Source: an uncultured Saprospirales bacterium (GTDB lineage Bacteria > Bacteroidota > Bacteroidia > Chitinophagales > CAJXBJ01). From it: DNA of 64,000 nt. Below are positions 8,518-17,411 of the stretch, one piece after another; the stretch's first letter is position 1, and the number at the start of each line of letters is the position of its first letter. The stretch covers positions 1,818 through 65,817 of the forward strand of contig CAJXBJ010000002.1 of assembly GCA_913050195.1 (NCBI GenBank), read 5' to 3'. Under the pieces are notes generated by a model that made no database searches, had not been told where the DNA came from, and saw nothing but the letters and a program-made list of their open reading frames with translations. A program made the translations under genes and the position numbers.

Positions 8518-9792
8518 TTAAAATAGGTCTTCTCCTGTTATACTTTGTGTTCTTTTACTGTAATTGATTGATCTTTTGACGAAAAAGTCTCCGTGCTTTG
8601 TTCCAATAATCTCGTCATTAAACCATTCTGTTTCACTTAATAGCTCATCATTGGTTTCAAAAACCTTCTCAACTCCAATACTCTCAAGTGATCTATTGAA
8701 TCTATCTTTTATAAACTCGTTGATTTGTTTTTTTGGAAGGAAATCAAGCTCGCCTTTTTCAAAAATCCAATCAACTAATTCACTTTCAGCTATGAATGCT
8801 TTTTTACAAACATCCTGAATTCTTAAGCTGTAATCCTCATCAAACCAATCTGGGTTCTCAGCTTTAATAATTTTGATTAAGTCAATTCCAAAATCTCCAT
8901 GTATTTGCTCTTCTTTTGATGTAGCCTCAACAACGTTTGATACACCCTTAAGCATATTTCTGTGCTTGTTAAATGCCATTATTATTAGAAACTGTGAGAA
9001 CAATGATACATGCTCAATAAATAAAGAGAAAAGCAAAATAGACTCCGAGTATTCTCGACTATTTTCACTCTTAGCCTTGGATAAAGCTGACTCTAGATAT
9101 TGTACACGTCTCATTATTACAGGCTTCTTTTTCAACGCCTGAAATTCTTTGTTTAAGCCTAATATTTCTAAGAGATGTGAATAAGCATCAGCATGTCTTA
9201 CTTCACTCTCACCAAAAGTTGCTCCTACAGAACCAATTTCGGGCTTAGGTATCTTGTGATAAAGATCTCCCCAAAAGCTCTTTACTGCTACTTCTATTTG
9301 AGAGATAGCAAGCATTGCATTTTTTATAGCATTTCGCTCTCTATCTGTAAGTCTTGTTTTGAAATCTTGAATATCGCTTGTGAAATTAAACTCAGTATGA
9401 ATCCAATAAGAGTGTCTTATTGCTGGCACATATTCATACAATTCAGGGTATTCGTAAGGCTTTAAGTTAAGACGCTTTTCAAAGATATTTCGCTGACGTT
9501 TTTCAGCTTGTTTATTTCTATATAAGATAAAAGATTTTGCAGCATTTAGATACTCACTTTGCATCAACGTTTGCTCAACAACATCTTGAATTTCTTCGAC
9601 ACTAGGAATATAATTAGAAATTCGTTCATTTCTATCTGAAAGTGTGGCATACACTTCTAGAGAAACTCTCTCTGCATCAGCAAGATCACCATCTTGAGAA
9701 GACCTCATGGCCTTCAAAATTGCACCAGTTATTTTTTCTAATTTAAAGGGTTTTCTTGACGCATCCCTTTTAATAATTCCTTTTATTGTCAT
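8518..9792 (-). CDS. nrdB: Ribonucleoside-diphosphate reductase beta subunit with N-terminal ATP-cone
   Basis: The N-terminus 'MTIKGIIKRDASRKPFKLEKITGAILKA…FILYRNKQ' is an ATP-cone. Metal-site motifs 'ESEVRHADAY' and 'EEQIHGDFG' are present. The first ATG at 9792 is preferred over the upstream GTG at 9837. A 2-nt spacer separates it from nrdA. Confidence 0.9.
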   Translation of the reverse strand: MTIKGIIKRDASRKPFKLEKITGAILKAMRSSQDGDLADAERVSLEVYATLSDRNERISNYIPSVEEIQDVVEQTLMQSEYLNAAKSFILYRNKQAEKRQRNIFEKRLNLKPYEYPELYEYVPAIRHSYWIHTEFNFTSDIQDFKTRLTDRERNAIKNAMLAISQIEVAVKSFWGDLYHKIPKPEIGSVGATFGESEVRHADAYSHLLEILGLNKEFQALKKKPVIMRRVQYLESALSKAKSENSREYSESILLFSLFIEHVSLFSQFLIIMAFNKHRNMLKGVSNVVEATSKEEQIHGDFGIDLIKIIKAENPDWFDEDYSLRIQDVCKKAFIAESELVDWIFEKGELDFLPKKQINEFIKDRFNRSLESIGVEKVFETNDELLSETEWFNDEIIGTKHGDFFVKRSINYSKRTQSITGEDLF

Positions 9793-10251
9793 AGTATTTT
9801 CCTTTTTCGTAACAGCAAATCTAAAGCTAAAAAACACCTTATAAAAATGTTGTTATCAACTGTTTTCAACAAGGTGTTTGTTGATAATATTATAAACCCA
9901 TCTTAATCAATATTATATATCAAGGAACATCAATTGACAAATAAATTAGACAGCAATATTTCATTGGTTTTTAATGGGTCATAAATTGACAGCGCTTGAA
10001 AAAGTTAATTTTTTTTCATTTAGGTTAAATACCGTTTTAAATGGCCATAATTTTATGCTCAAGCGGGCTAAAAAAGAATTGGCAAAAACGTCAATTAATT
10101 ATTGAGCGAAATAATGTCAAACAATAAAGTCTGATAGGCTTAAAAACATAGCATTAATTAAAGTCTAATTAAGTATTAGTGCTCTATTGCTATAATTTAT
10201 TAAAGCAGTTGAAATGTAGTGGTACTTTTCAGGATTATACAAGCACTTGAC

Positions 10252-11370
10252 TTAAAAAGCCTCTCCTATAAATAAATAAAGACCGTAACCATCGGGATTA
10301 ATTCCCACATCAAATCTTGTGTAGATATCTCTTTTAGGAAAGATTAATACTCTAAGGCCTCCACCAGCAGTCCACAAGAATTTATCAAAATGTAGATTAG
10401 GTGAAACAGAACCAATACCTGCAAAAACAGAAGCCCCAAGTCGCTTGCTAAATTTAAATGGTAACCATCGATGCTCTGCCTGAACACCAAACATGTTTTT
10501 ATCACGGTATTTGCCTAAATAATACCCCCTCATCATCATCTCACCACCAATCATACTCAACTGATTAAAAGGCACTTCTCCCTGTGAGAACTGACCAATC
10601 ATTTGAAATGCAAGCACATTCCTTTTTGTGGTTTTAAAAAAGAAGCGATTATCTAAAAATAAGGTGCTTAAACGGTTTGTGGAGCCCCATTCAGGCTGAT
10701 ATAACAAATAACCAATTTCAGAAAGCATTCCGTGACGTACATTTAGAACATTATGACGGGTGTCATAAATTAAGCCCAATCCAATACCCAAATTATTATA
10801 TCCATCCTCACCTATTAAGGTCTCTTTATAGTCATCTTCTAACCAATCAATATCAACGCCGTTAAGTCCTTCAAAATCTATCTCAATACCTAAATACCAG
10901 TTACGATATAACTTTCGTAGGAAACGTTCTCTAATCAACGTAAAATTAGCCCCTGCAATAGCAAGCTCATCGCCTATTATATCTGGACCTATTCCATAAT
11001 AGAATAGAGGGTAACTTTGAAACTTTAATTTACCAAGTGCAAACCACTTATCTTTATCTGAGTATAGCGCATGCTCAAAATGAGCACCATATTGATTTTC
11101 AAGAGTAAAAAAACTAAAACCGCTAACCTCACTTAGTCGATTAGATGTGTCTTTATTGGCATAATATACCAGTATAGCTGCTGCACCAATTTCCCAACTA
11201 GTCTCAGGGGCATAGGCTATGGTCGGATAGGCTATCCACTTATTAGCTGAGCTTGCAGCCGTATCATTAAACATTTTATTGAAAATCTCAACCGGCTTGA
11301 ATTGAGCTGAGACTGAAAAAACACACAATAAATGAGGGAATAAACATAATGATAAAATTCTAACAAGCAT
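10252..11370 (-). CDS. Omp85/surface-antigen(D15)-like outer-membrane beta-barrel protein
   Basis: Signal peptide 'MLVRILSLCLFPHLLCVFSVSAQ' starts at the internal ATG at 11370. There is an alternating beta-strand pattern, 'GGGLRVLIFPKRDIYTRFDVG', and a terminal Phe. Confidence 0.6.
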   Translation of the reverse strand: MLVRILSLCLFPHLLCVFSVSAQFKPVEIFNKMFNDTAASSANKWIAYPTIAYAPETSWEIGAAAILVYYANKDTSNRLSEVSGFSFFTLENQYGAHFEHALYSDKDKWFALGKLKFQSYPLFYYGIGPDIIGDELAIAGANFTLIRERFLRKLYRNWYLGIEIDFEGLNGVDIDWLEDDYKETLIGEDGYNNLGIGLGLIYDTRHNVLNVRHGMLSEIGYLLYQPEWGSTNRLSTLFLDNRFFFKTTKRNVLAFQMIGQFSQGEVPFNQLSMIGGEMMMRGYYLGKYRDKNMFGVQAEHRWLPFKFSKRLGASVFAGIGSVSPNLHFDKFLWTAGGGLRVLIFPKRDIYTRFDVGINPDGYGLYLFIGEAF

Positions 11371-11672
11371 CTTCGAGCAAATCATCATCTGCAATTCTTT
11401 CAATCTTAAAAAAATACTAATTGAAGTCATTTTATTATCCAAATCAATCACAACCTTCTCACCTATTTTTTCGAGCACAAAGTTGAATAAATAATTAACT
11501 TATACCACTATTAAGACCTATAATAATAAAGAAGAAAATATTTTTAAATAAATCAGGCCTATTATACGTTCAAATAAGATACTTACACCCTTTTTCAAAA
11601 AAAGGTTTTAACTTACTACTTAGGAAAACAAGTCATAAACGCACATTGTAAATCTTATAAAATAGAAGCGCC

Positions 11673-12077
11673 ATGAAAAAAGCATCGATTACATTAATTA
11701 TAATCAGTTTATTGTCCCTTTCGTTAACAACCAACACTAGTGAAGCAGACAACATCCTTAACAAGTATAAGATATCTAAAGAGCTATCGAGTATCAAAAA
11801 GAAAGCAGCAATTATACATATGATGAAAAGTGGAGATTGTTCTTGGAATGGTATTTCTCTAAATGGAAAAGTACAAATTGTTGATGCCTTCCCTGATATT
11901 AAGGTAGAAATTGTTGATGCTTTCCCTGACATTAAGGTGAAATGGGTAGATGCTTTTCCTGATGACTGTGGGGAATGGCAAGAAGTTGAAGCCTTTCCCG
12001 ATTTTAAAATACAGATAGTTGATGCCTTTCCCGACCTTAAGGTACAAGAAGTAGATGCCTTTCCTGGTATGAATTGA
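11673..12077 (+). CDS. Secreted repeat protein with six 11-residue 'V[DE]AFP[DG]' units, family unknown
   Basis: A signal peptide is followed by KVQIVDAFPDIKVEIVDAFPDIKVKWVDAFPDDCGEWQEVEAFPDFKIQIVDAFPDLKVQEVDAFPG. Confidence 0.7.
   Translation: MKKASITLIIISLLSLSLTTNTSEADNILNKYKISKELSSIKKKAAIIHMMKSGDCSWNGISLNGKVQIVDAFPDIKVEIVDAFPDIKVKWVDAFPDDCGEWQEVEAFPDFKIQIVDAFPDLKVQEVDAFPGMN
11868..12074 (+). repeat. In-frame 33-bp coding tandem repeat, 6 copies (one with a 6-bp insertion)
   Basis: Periodicity read directly from the sequence. The copies differ at synonymous positions (gcc ttc cct gat / gct ttc cct gac / gct ttt cct gat …). Confidence 0.9.
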
Positions 12078-12083
12078 TTATTT

Positions 12084-12587
12084 ATGATTACCAAAGTAAA
12101 AATCTCAAGCACATTCGAATGCTCCCTTGAACGAGCTTTTAAAACTGCTATTCTTTGTGACCTGTCAAAAATACATACAGGTATGGGAGTTATGCCAAAG
12201 GTTACACACACAACAGATGATAATAATTGGGGCATTGCAGGGTCAAGCAAAAATGTTCATTTCGAAAAATCATTTTTACAAAAAGGTGGTTATGGCTCAG
12301 TCGATCGAATTATAGAGCGAAATGAAAATAAATACTGGATTATTCAGGTTGACAGCTTTCAATCATGGATGTTGAGTTTCTACAAATTTGTGGGCAAATG
12401 GGAGACTACTCAAATTGCTTTCAATAAAATAAAGATTGACTACTCTTATTCTTTATACTCTAATAATATTTTACTTTACCCACTTAATTGGATTTTTGGT
12501 AAAATCTTTTGGAAAAGATATATGCAACAAGTTTTAGAAAACATTAGAGACTTAATAGACAAGAAAGAACCCTATCAGTTTAGTTAG
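12084..12587 (+). CDS. Hypothetical protein (possible SRPBCC/START-like fold)
   Basis: A 167-aa ORF starting 6 nt after the repeat-protein stop. Its size and beta-rich pattern with a long C-terminal helix suggest SRPBCC. No diagnostic motif was found. Confidence 0.45.
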   Translation: MITKVKISSTFECSLERAFKTAILCDLSKIHTGMGVMPKVTHTTDDNNWGIAGSSKNVHFEKSFLQKGGYGSVDRIIERNENKYWIIQVDSFQSWMLSFYKFVGKWETTQIAFNKIKIDYSYSLYSNNILLYPLNWIFGKIFWKRYMQQVLENIRDLIDKKEPYQFS

Positions 12588-12599
12588 AGTTTAGGTATA

Positions 12600-13154
12600 A
12601 TGGATAAACTTAAAGACATCTTAAGCCTAGACTCTAATGCTATTGAAAAGTCCTTCAAAAAGGGAGCTACTCTACAACAAGATGGCGTGTTTACGTCCAA
12701 AGCATTTTATGTAAAAAAAGGATTGCTCAGGAGTTACTCTATTGATAACAAAGGAAAAGAACATATTTATATGTTTGCTTCGGAAGGCTGGCTTATAGCA
12801 GATATTGAATCTCAAGAATTCAATACACCAACAGAGCTTTTTATTGACGCAATAGAAAATTCAGAGGTTGTCATTTTTGATCGCAATTGCTTTAGAATAG
12901 CATCTCTTTCTGAACAACAGCTAAGAGAAAATGCTCATTTAATGGCACGGCGGATAGCAGTCTTACAAAAAAGGGTGATTATGCTTATGAGCGCTTCTGC
13001 TCAATTTAGATATAGCAGATTTCTAGAAACATACCCGAATTTAGCTAATAGAGTACCTCAAAAAATGATTGCTTCGTATCTTGGTATAACCCCTCAAGCA
13101 CTAAGCGTAATAAGAAGTGAAATGGCAAAAAAACAGAAGGATACAATTAATTAA
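12600..13154 (+). CDS. Crp/Fnr-family transcriptional regulator
   Basis: N-terminal cNMP-binding-like beta-roll, and a C-terminal HTH 'QKMIASYLGITPQALSVIR'. Confidence 0.8.
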   Translation: MDKLKDILSLDSNAIEKSFKKGATLQQDGVFTSKAFYVKKGLLRSYSIDNKGKEHIYMFASEGWLIADIESQEFNTPTELFIDAIENSEVVIFDRNCFRIASLSEQQLRENAHLMARRIAVLQKRVIMLMSASAQFRYSRFLETYPNLANRVPQKMIASYLGITPQALSVIRSEMAKKQKDTIN

Positions 13155-13214
13155 TGTACATTAATGTTTAGATCAATAAGAATTGACAATTTTGTAAAAA
13201 CAAAAACATAAAAC

Positions 13215-13784
13215 ATGACAAAATTTAAATTCATTTTGAGCTTTCTTTTAGGACTCTTTATTTTTGACATTGAAGCACAAGAAATTAATTTTAATGTAGA
13301 GCAATCTACTGTAGCATGGACGGGTACAAAAATTGGAGGTCAGCACCAAGGTTTTATAAAATTAAAAAATGCCTCACTCGAAATAGAGAACAATCAGATT
13401 ATCTCAGGTCAGATGACAATAGACATGAACTCGATAAGCTGCACAGATTTAACAAATGACACCTATAATAAAAAATTAGTATCTCATTTAAAGTCAGATG
13501 ATTTCTTTGGTGTTAAAGATTATCCTGAGGCGTCGTTCAAAATAACTGATGCTAGTGAATTTAATAATACCGAAGCCTCTGTAAAAGGTGAAATAACGAT
13601 TAAGGGAAAAACAGAAATTCTAACGTTCACAGTTAAAAAAAATGAAAACGAATACAAAGCGAAAATAGAAATTGATCGTTCGAAATTTAATGTTCGTTAT
13701 GGTTCAACATCCTTCTTCGAAAGTTTAGGTGATAAAGCTATAGATGACATTTTTACTTTAGATATAAATCTTAAACCAAAATAA
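13215..13784 (+). CDS. YceI-family (polyisoprenoid-binding) periplasmic protein
   Basis: Signal peptide. 'SHLKSDDFFGVKDYPEASFK' and the overall about 190-aa layout are typical of YceI. Confidence 0.85.
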   Translation: MTKFKFILSFLLGLFIFDIEAQEINFNVEQSTVAWTGTKIGGQHQGFIKLKNASLEIENNQIISGQMTIDMNSISCTDLTNDTYNKKLVSHLKSDDFFGVKDYPEASFKITDASEFNNTEASVKGEITIKGKTEILTFTVKKNENEYKAKIEIDRSKFNVRYGSTSFFESLGDKAIDDIFTLDINLKPK

Positions 13785-14039
13785 ATATGGACAAAGCAGA
13801 AGTCGCGGGATACAAACCCATAATGATTGAGTAAGAAAAAACAAAAACATAGGTTTAACGTGCGTGGTAAGTCGTTAAAACAAAACATGGGGGAATGGTG
13901 ATTTCTATGGCAAGGCATATTTCTCATGTCAGTTTTTAAATAAGGTTAAATCACAACATCGAACTTGTGCATGTACAAGGAAACAAAAAATTCCCCATAC
14001 TGCGATAGCGTTCACAGAAAATTATAGAACTTAATTAAC

Positions 14040-14906
14040 ATGAAAAAAAGAACAGTTAAAAAGGTTGTTTCCTCTCAAAAAGTAAATATGGGAGGCATTT
14101 TATTGCAACAGCCAATACCTGACAGACTTATTGATCAAATTGACCCTTTTGTTCTTATTCATCATGGATCTTTGCCTGTAAAAAAAGGAAAAAAGCAAAG
14201 TGAATCTGGTGTTGGCCCTCATCCACATCGCGGATTCTCTCCTGTCACTTTTGTATTCAAAGGTGAAGTACATCATCAAGATTCTATTGGAAACAATGCT
14301 ATTGTAAGTGAAGGCGGTACTCAGTGGATGCATGCAGGTAAAGGCATTGTTCATAGTGAACGACCTAGTAAGAAACTTATTGATTCCGGAGGTCAAAATG
14401 AAATTATTCAATTTTGGGTAAATACCCCTGCCAAATATAAAATGGAGCCTGCCTACTATTTACCGCTCTCAGAAAAAGAAACCCCATTGATTAAAAAAGA
14501 AAAAGCAATAATTTATGTTGTTGCAGGGCAATTTGAAAAAATAACCGGACCTGCAAAAACATACAGTCCACAAACTTTATTGCGTTTTGACACCAAAAGT
14601 GGTGCAAATTTCCCTGTAGAAATCCCTAAGACTTACAATGCCCTTATTTACATCTTGGACGGAAGTATTAAGTCTAATGATAAAACTGCCAAATCAAAGG
14701 ATATGATATGGCTAAATAATGACGGCGAATATATTGACATAAATGTTCTTGAAGATAGTCGCTTTATACTGCTCTCAGGTGAGCCCATTAATGAACCTTT
14801 AGTGACTTACGGCCCATTTGTCATGAACTCTGAAAAGGAAATACACCAAGCCATTTTAGATTACCAAAATGGAAATATGGGAGAATTAATTGAAAGATTT
14901 GATTAA
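14040..14906 (+). CDS. Pirin-family protein
   Basis: 'HPHRGFSPVTFVFKGEVHHQDSIGN' (cupin metal site) and 'GPFVMNSEKEIHQAILDYQNG'. Confidence 0.9.
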   Translation: MKKRTVKKVVSSQKVNMGGILLQQPIPDRLIDQIDPFVLIHHGSLPVKKGKKQSESGVGPHPHRGFSPVTFVFKGEVHHQDSIGNNAIVSEGGTQWMHAGKGIVHSERPSKKLIDSGGQNEIIQFWVNTPAKYKMEPAYYLPLSEKETPLIKKEKAIIYVVAGQFEKITGPAKTYSPQTLLRFDTKSGANFPVEIPKTYNALIYILDGSIKSNDKTAKSKDMIWLNNDGEYIDINVLEDSRFILLSGEPINEPLVTYGPFVMNSEKEIHQAILDYQNGNMGELIERFD

Positions 14907-14913
14907 GGATTAG

Positions 14914-15447
14914 ATGGATCGAAGAAGATTTACGAAAATCATAGGCATATTTTCCTTCTTTTCTTTGTTAGGAAATGAATTATTGGCATCAATTTACAAC
15001 ATTGAGAACGTCAAACTAATAAGAATATCCCCTCCAAATATTCATGTTCGCCATGGCTTGTTTAGTCTTGATATTAAAACTACAAATTCCATTAATGTAA
15101 AAAGAGATATATTCAATCGAAGTGGTCTTAATTTAATTTCGCAAAATAGAATAGCCTCAATAACAGTAGTAGAGGTAAGTAAAAATGCTTTTGGAGTATT
15201 AAGTGAAAATAAATTTTCAAGCCAATCAAAAAGCTTAGAGGCCATAAAAATTGAATCAAACATCAATGTAACGATTGATATAGATAGTCCTTGCTTAATA
15301 TTTTCAGAAATTGAGGAATTTAATATCAATAATTTAAAATTGTTCAAAACAGAAGCAGCGGTCATTAAATTCCCTCAAAAATTAATTCTAGGATCTGATT
15401 TGGCTCAACATATTTTTATTTATAGATTAAAACAAAAAGCTGACTAG
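14914..15447 (+). CDS. Hypothetical protein with a twin-arginine-like signal
   Basis: 'MDRRRFTKIIGIFSFFSLLGNELLAS' fits an RRxFxK Tat motif plus an h-region. The start is 7 nt after the pirin stop. Confidence 0.5.
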   Translation: MDRRRFTKIIGIFSFFSLLGNELLASIYNIENVKLIRISPPNIHVRHGLFSLDIKTTNSINVKRDIFNRSGLNLISQNRIASITVVEVSKNAFGVLSENKFSSQSKSLEAIKIESNINVTIDIDSPCLIFSEIEEFNINNLKLFKTEAAVIKFPQKLILGSDLAQHIFIYRLKQKAD

Positions 15448-15532
15448 AATTTGAATGTAATCAATCATTCTAGTCTATCTACAACATTTTATTTATTTTA
15501 GTCATACATGAATATTAAAACCTATTCAAATT

Positions 15533-16396
15533 ATGATTAGATACAATCCGAAAGATTGGTTCAGCCTAATTTTTGAGTTTCACAAAAGTGATACCCTTCG
15601 TAAATTGATTTACATAATTCTAGTATACGCTCTTTACTCATTGGGCATTGTCTATATTGAATTAGAATACACAGATTTCAAAAGTACTATTGCTATACAT
15701 TCTCTAATAGGCTTTGTTCTTGGTTTATTGTTGGTATTTCGAACTAATAGCGCTTATGATAGATGGTGGGAAGGAAGAAAATTACTTGGCGCTCTAGTCA
15801 ATACTTCTAGAAACTTAGCTTTAAAGCTTAGTGCTTTCTTACCCAGCGAAGCATCTGTTAAAAGAAAGCTTTTTGTTGAATTGATTAGCAATTACTGTTT
15901 CTCAATGAAAGATCATTTAAGAGATAAAAGAGTGGCTGAAGAATTAACCTTTAGTACCCACTTAACAGAAGAAGAATTTAAATCTAGCTATCACCTTCCT
16001 AATATAATTGCAGAAAAAATATTCAATGAAACAAAAATCATGTACGATGATAAATTGATTTCAGATAATATATACATTACTATTGATGATCAGGTAAAAC
16101 AGTTTACTGATATTATTGGTGGTTGCGAGCGAATAAAAAAAACACCTATACCCTATTCATATAATATCTTCCTGAAAAAAATAATATTTATTTACACAAT
16201 GACACTTCCTATAGGACTAGCTACTGATTTTCAGTATTGGGCTATTCCTATTTCGCTTTTTGTATTGTATATACTTGCAAGTTTGGAACTTCTAGCCGAA
16301 GAAATTGAAGATCCATTTGGAGAAGATACCAATGACCTACCCGTAGATGATATCTGCCATACTATTAAAGGAAATATTGAAGAGATTTTACTCTAA
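15533..16396 (+). CDS. Bestrophin-like (UPF0187/YneE) anion channel
   Basis: 'NSAYDRWWEGRKLLG' signature, TM helices, and a size of 287 aa. Confidence 0.8.
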   Translation: MIRYNPKDWFSLIFEFHKSDTLRKLIYIILVYALYSLGIVYIELEYTDFKSTIAIHSLIGFVLGLLLVFRTNSAYDRWWEGRKLLGALVNTSRNLALKLSAFLPSEASVKRKLFVELISNYCFSMKDHLRDKRVAEELTFSTHLTEEEFKSSYHLPNIIAEKIFNETKIMYDDKLISDNIYITIDDQVKQFTDIIGGCERIKKTPIPYSYNIFLKKIIFIYTMTLPIGLATDFQYWAIPISLFVLYILASLELLAEEIEDPFGEDTNDLPVDDICHTIKGNIEEILL

Positions 16397-16413
16397 TTTT
16401 CAACTAATATTTA

Positions 16414-16647
16414 ATGAATTCAAGCCATGAACTTATCACAATATACTCTGGGTCTGAGATTCAAGTAATATTGCTCAGGGGACTTCTAGAGGAAGAAGGC
16501 ATATTTAGCATTATTCAAAATGAGTTTCAATCAGGTATTGCAGCAGGTTTTGGTGGTGGAACATCAAATACAATAAGACTAAAAATACATGAATACGATT
16601 TAGAAAAAGCGCAACCAATTATTGAAAATTTTATCTCAAATAATTAA
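16414..16647 (+). CDS. DUF2007-like small protein
   Basis: A 77-aa protein. 'LITIYSGSEIQVILLRGLLEEEGI' resembles the DUF2007 N-terminus. Confidence 0.55.
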   Translation: MNSSHELITIYSGSEIQVILLRGLLEEEGIFSIIQNEFQSGIAAGFGGGTSNTIRLKIHEYDLEKAQPIIENFISNN

Positions 16648-16653
16648 TTCCGA

Positions 16654-17394
16654 ATGAACTTAGGCATCAAAATATTGCTAATAACTCTAACAGTCCTCAC
16701 ACTCAACAGCTGCACTAAAGAAAGCGACAAAGATTCAAAGCCTAAAAGCAGCTCAATAAATAAAATAATGCCTTTAGGTGCATCACGAGTGGAAGGTTAC
16801 CGTCCAGAATATGAGAGTTATCGTTATGAACTATGGAAAGATCTCTCAGAAAACGGATGGACTTTTGACTACATTGGTACACAAAGCGATGAAGCGGATT
16901 ACCCATTATATAATGGCGATGAATTTGATATTGATCACGAAGGACGAGGAGGCTGGACATCTGGGCAAATCTTAAATGAACTTAACGATTGGTTAAATGA
17001 TACGGGATCTCCAGATATTGTATTATTTAGTTCACCAGGAGGTAATGATGCCCTAAGCAACCTGCCTTATGAGGAGGCTATAGAGAACATCAATGCAATA
17101 ATTGATATTCTTCAAGCTAAAAACCCAAATGTAACCATCATAATTGAACAAATGGCACCAGGACATTCGGATATAATGAACACACAACTAACTAATTATT
17201 TCATACAGCTACAGCAAGAAGTAATAAATATTGCAACCAATCAAACGACTTCAAACTCTAAGGTTGTTGCAGTTGATATGTATTCTGGCTTCAATGACAC
17301 CTATTTGGCAGATGACGTGCACTATAATGAAGCAGGAGCAGAATTTATTGCAAATAGATATTACAACGTACTTGAAAGCTATCTAACACATTAA
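16654..17394 (+). CDS. SGNH/GDSL-type hydrolase lipoprotein
   Basis: Lipobox 'LNSC'. Block I 'IMPLGASRVEG', block III 'GGND', and block V 'DDVHYNEAGAEFIA'. Confidence 0.7.
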   Translation: MNLGIKILLITLTVLTLNSCTKESDKDSKPKSSSINKIMPLGASRVEGYRPEYESYRYELWKDLSENGWTFDYIGTQSDEADYPLYNGDEFDIDHEGRGGWTSGQILNELNDWLNDTGSPDIVLFSSPGGNDALSNLPYEEAIENINAIIDILQAKNPNVTIIIEQMAPGHSDIMNTQLTNYFIQLQQEVINIATNQTTSNSKVVAVDMYSGFNDTYLADDVHYNEAGAEFIANRYYNVLESYLTH

Positions 17395-17411
17395 AATCTC
17401 AATTATTACAT

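Noticed and set aside
9793-9837. N-terminal extensions created by upstream GTG/TTG starts in the ORF track: nrdB at 9837; also 11371-11478, 28529-28558, 49692-49724, 54817-54837 and 59749-59757.
   Set aside because: In each case an internal ATG gives a canonical N-terminus (an ATP-cone or a signal peptide), whereas the extension adds atypical residues. These are treated as over-extended ORFs, not as frameshifts or pseudogenes.
9905-9925. An AT-rich 'CAATATTATATATCAAG' stretch upstream of nrdB, considered as a possible NrdR box.
   Set aside because: It matches the NrdR-box consensus poorly as I remember it. It is a single copy, whereas NrdR boxes usually come in phased pairs. The phylum generally lacks NrdR.
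11868-12074. A regularly spaced repeat that could superficially be taken for a small CRISPR-like or minisatellite array.
   Set aside because: The 33-bp units are contiguous, with no spacers, and are in frame. They diverge mainly at synonymous positions, so this is a coding peptide repeat.
11633-12250. A 205-aa minus-strand ORF with striking 'SGKASTxCT' repeats.
   Set aside because: It is the antisense shadow of the 33-bp coding repeat. The plus-strand product has a proper signal peptide and tight coupling to the next gene. The minus ORF also spans two plus-strand genes and an intergenic spacer.
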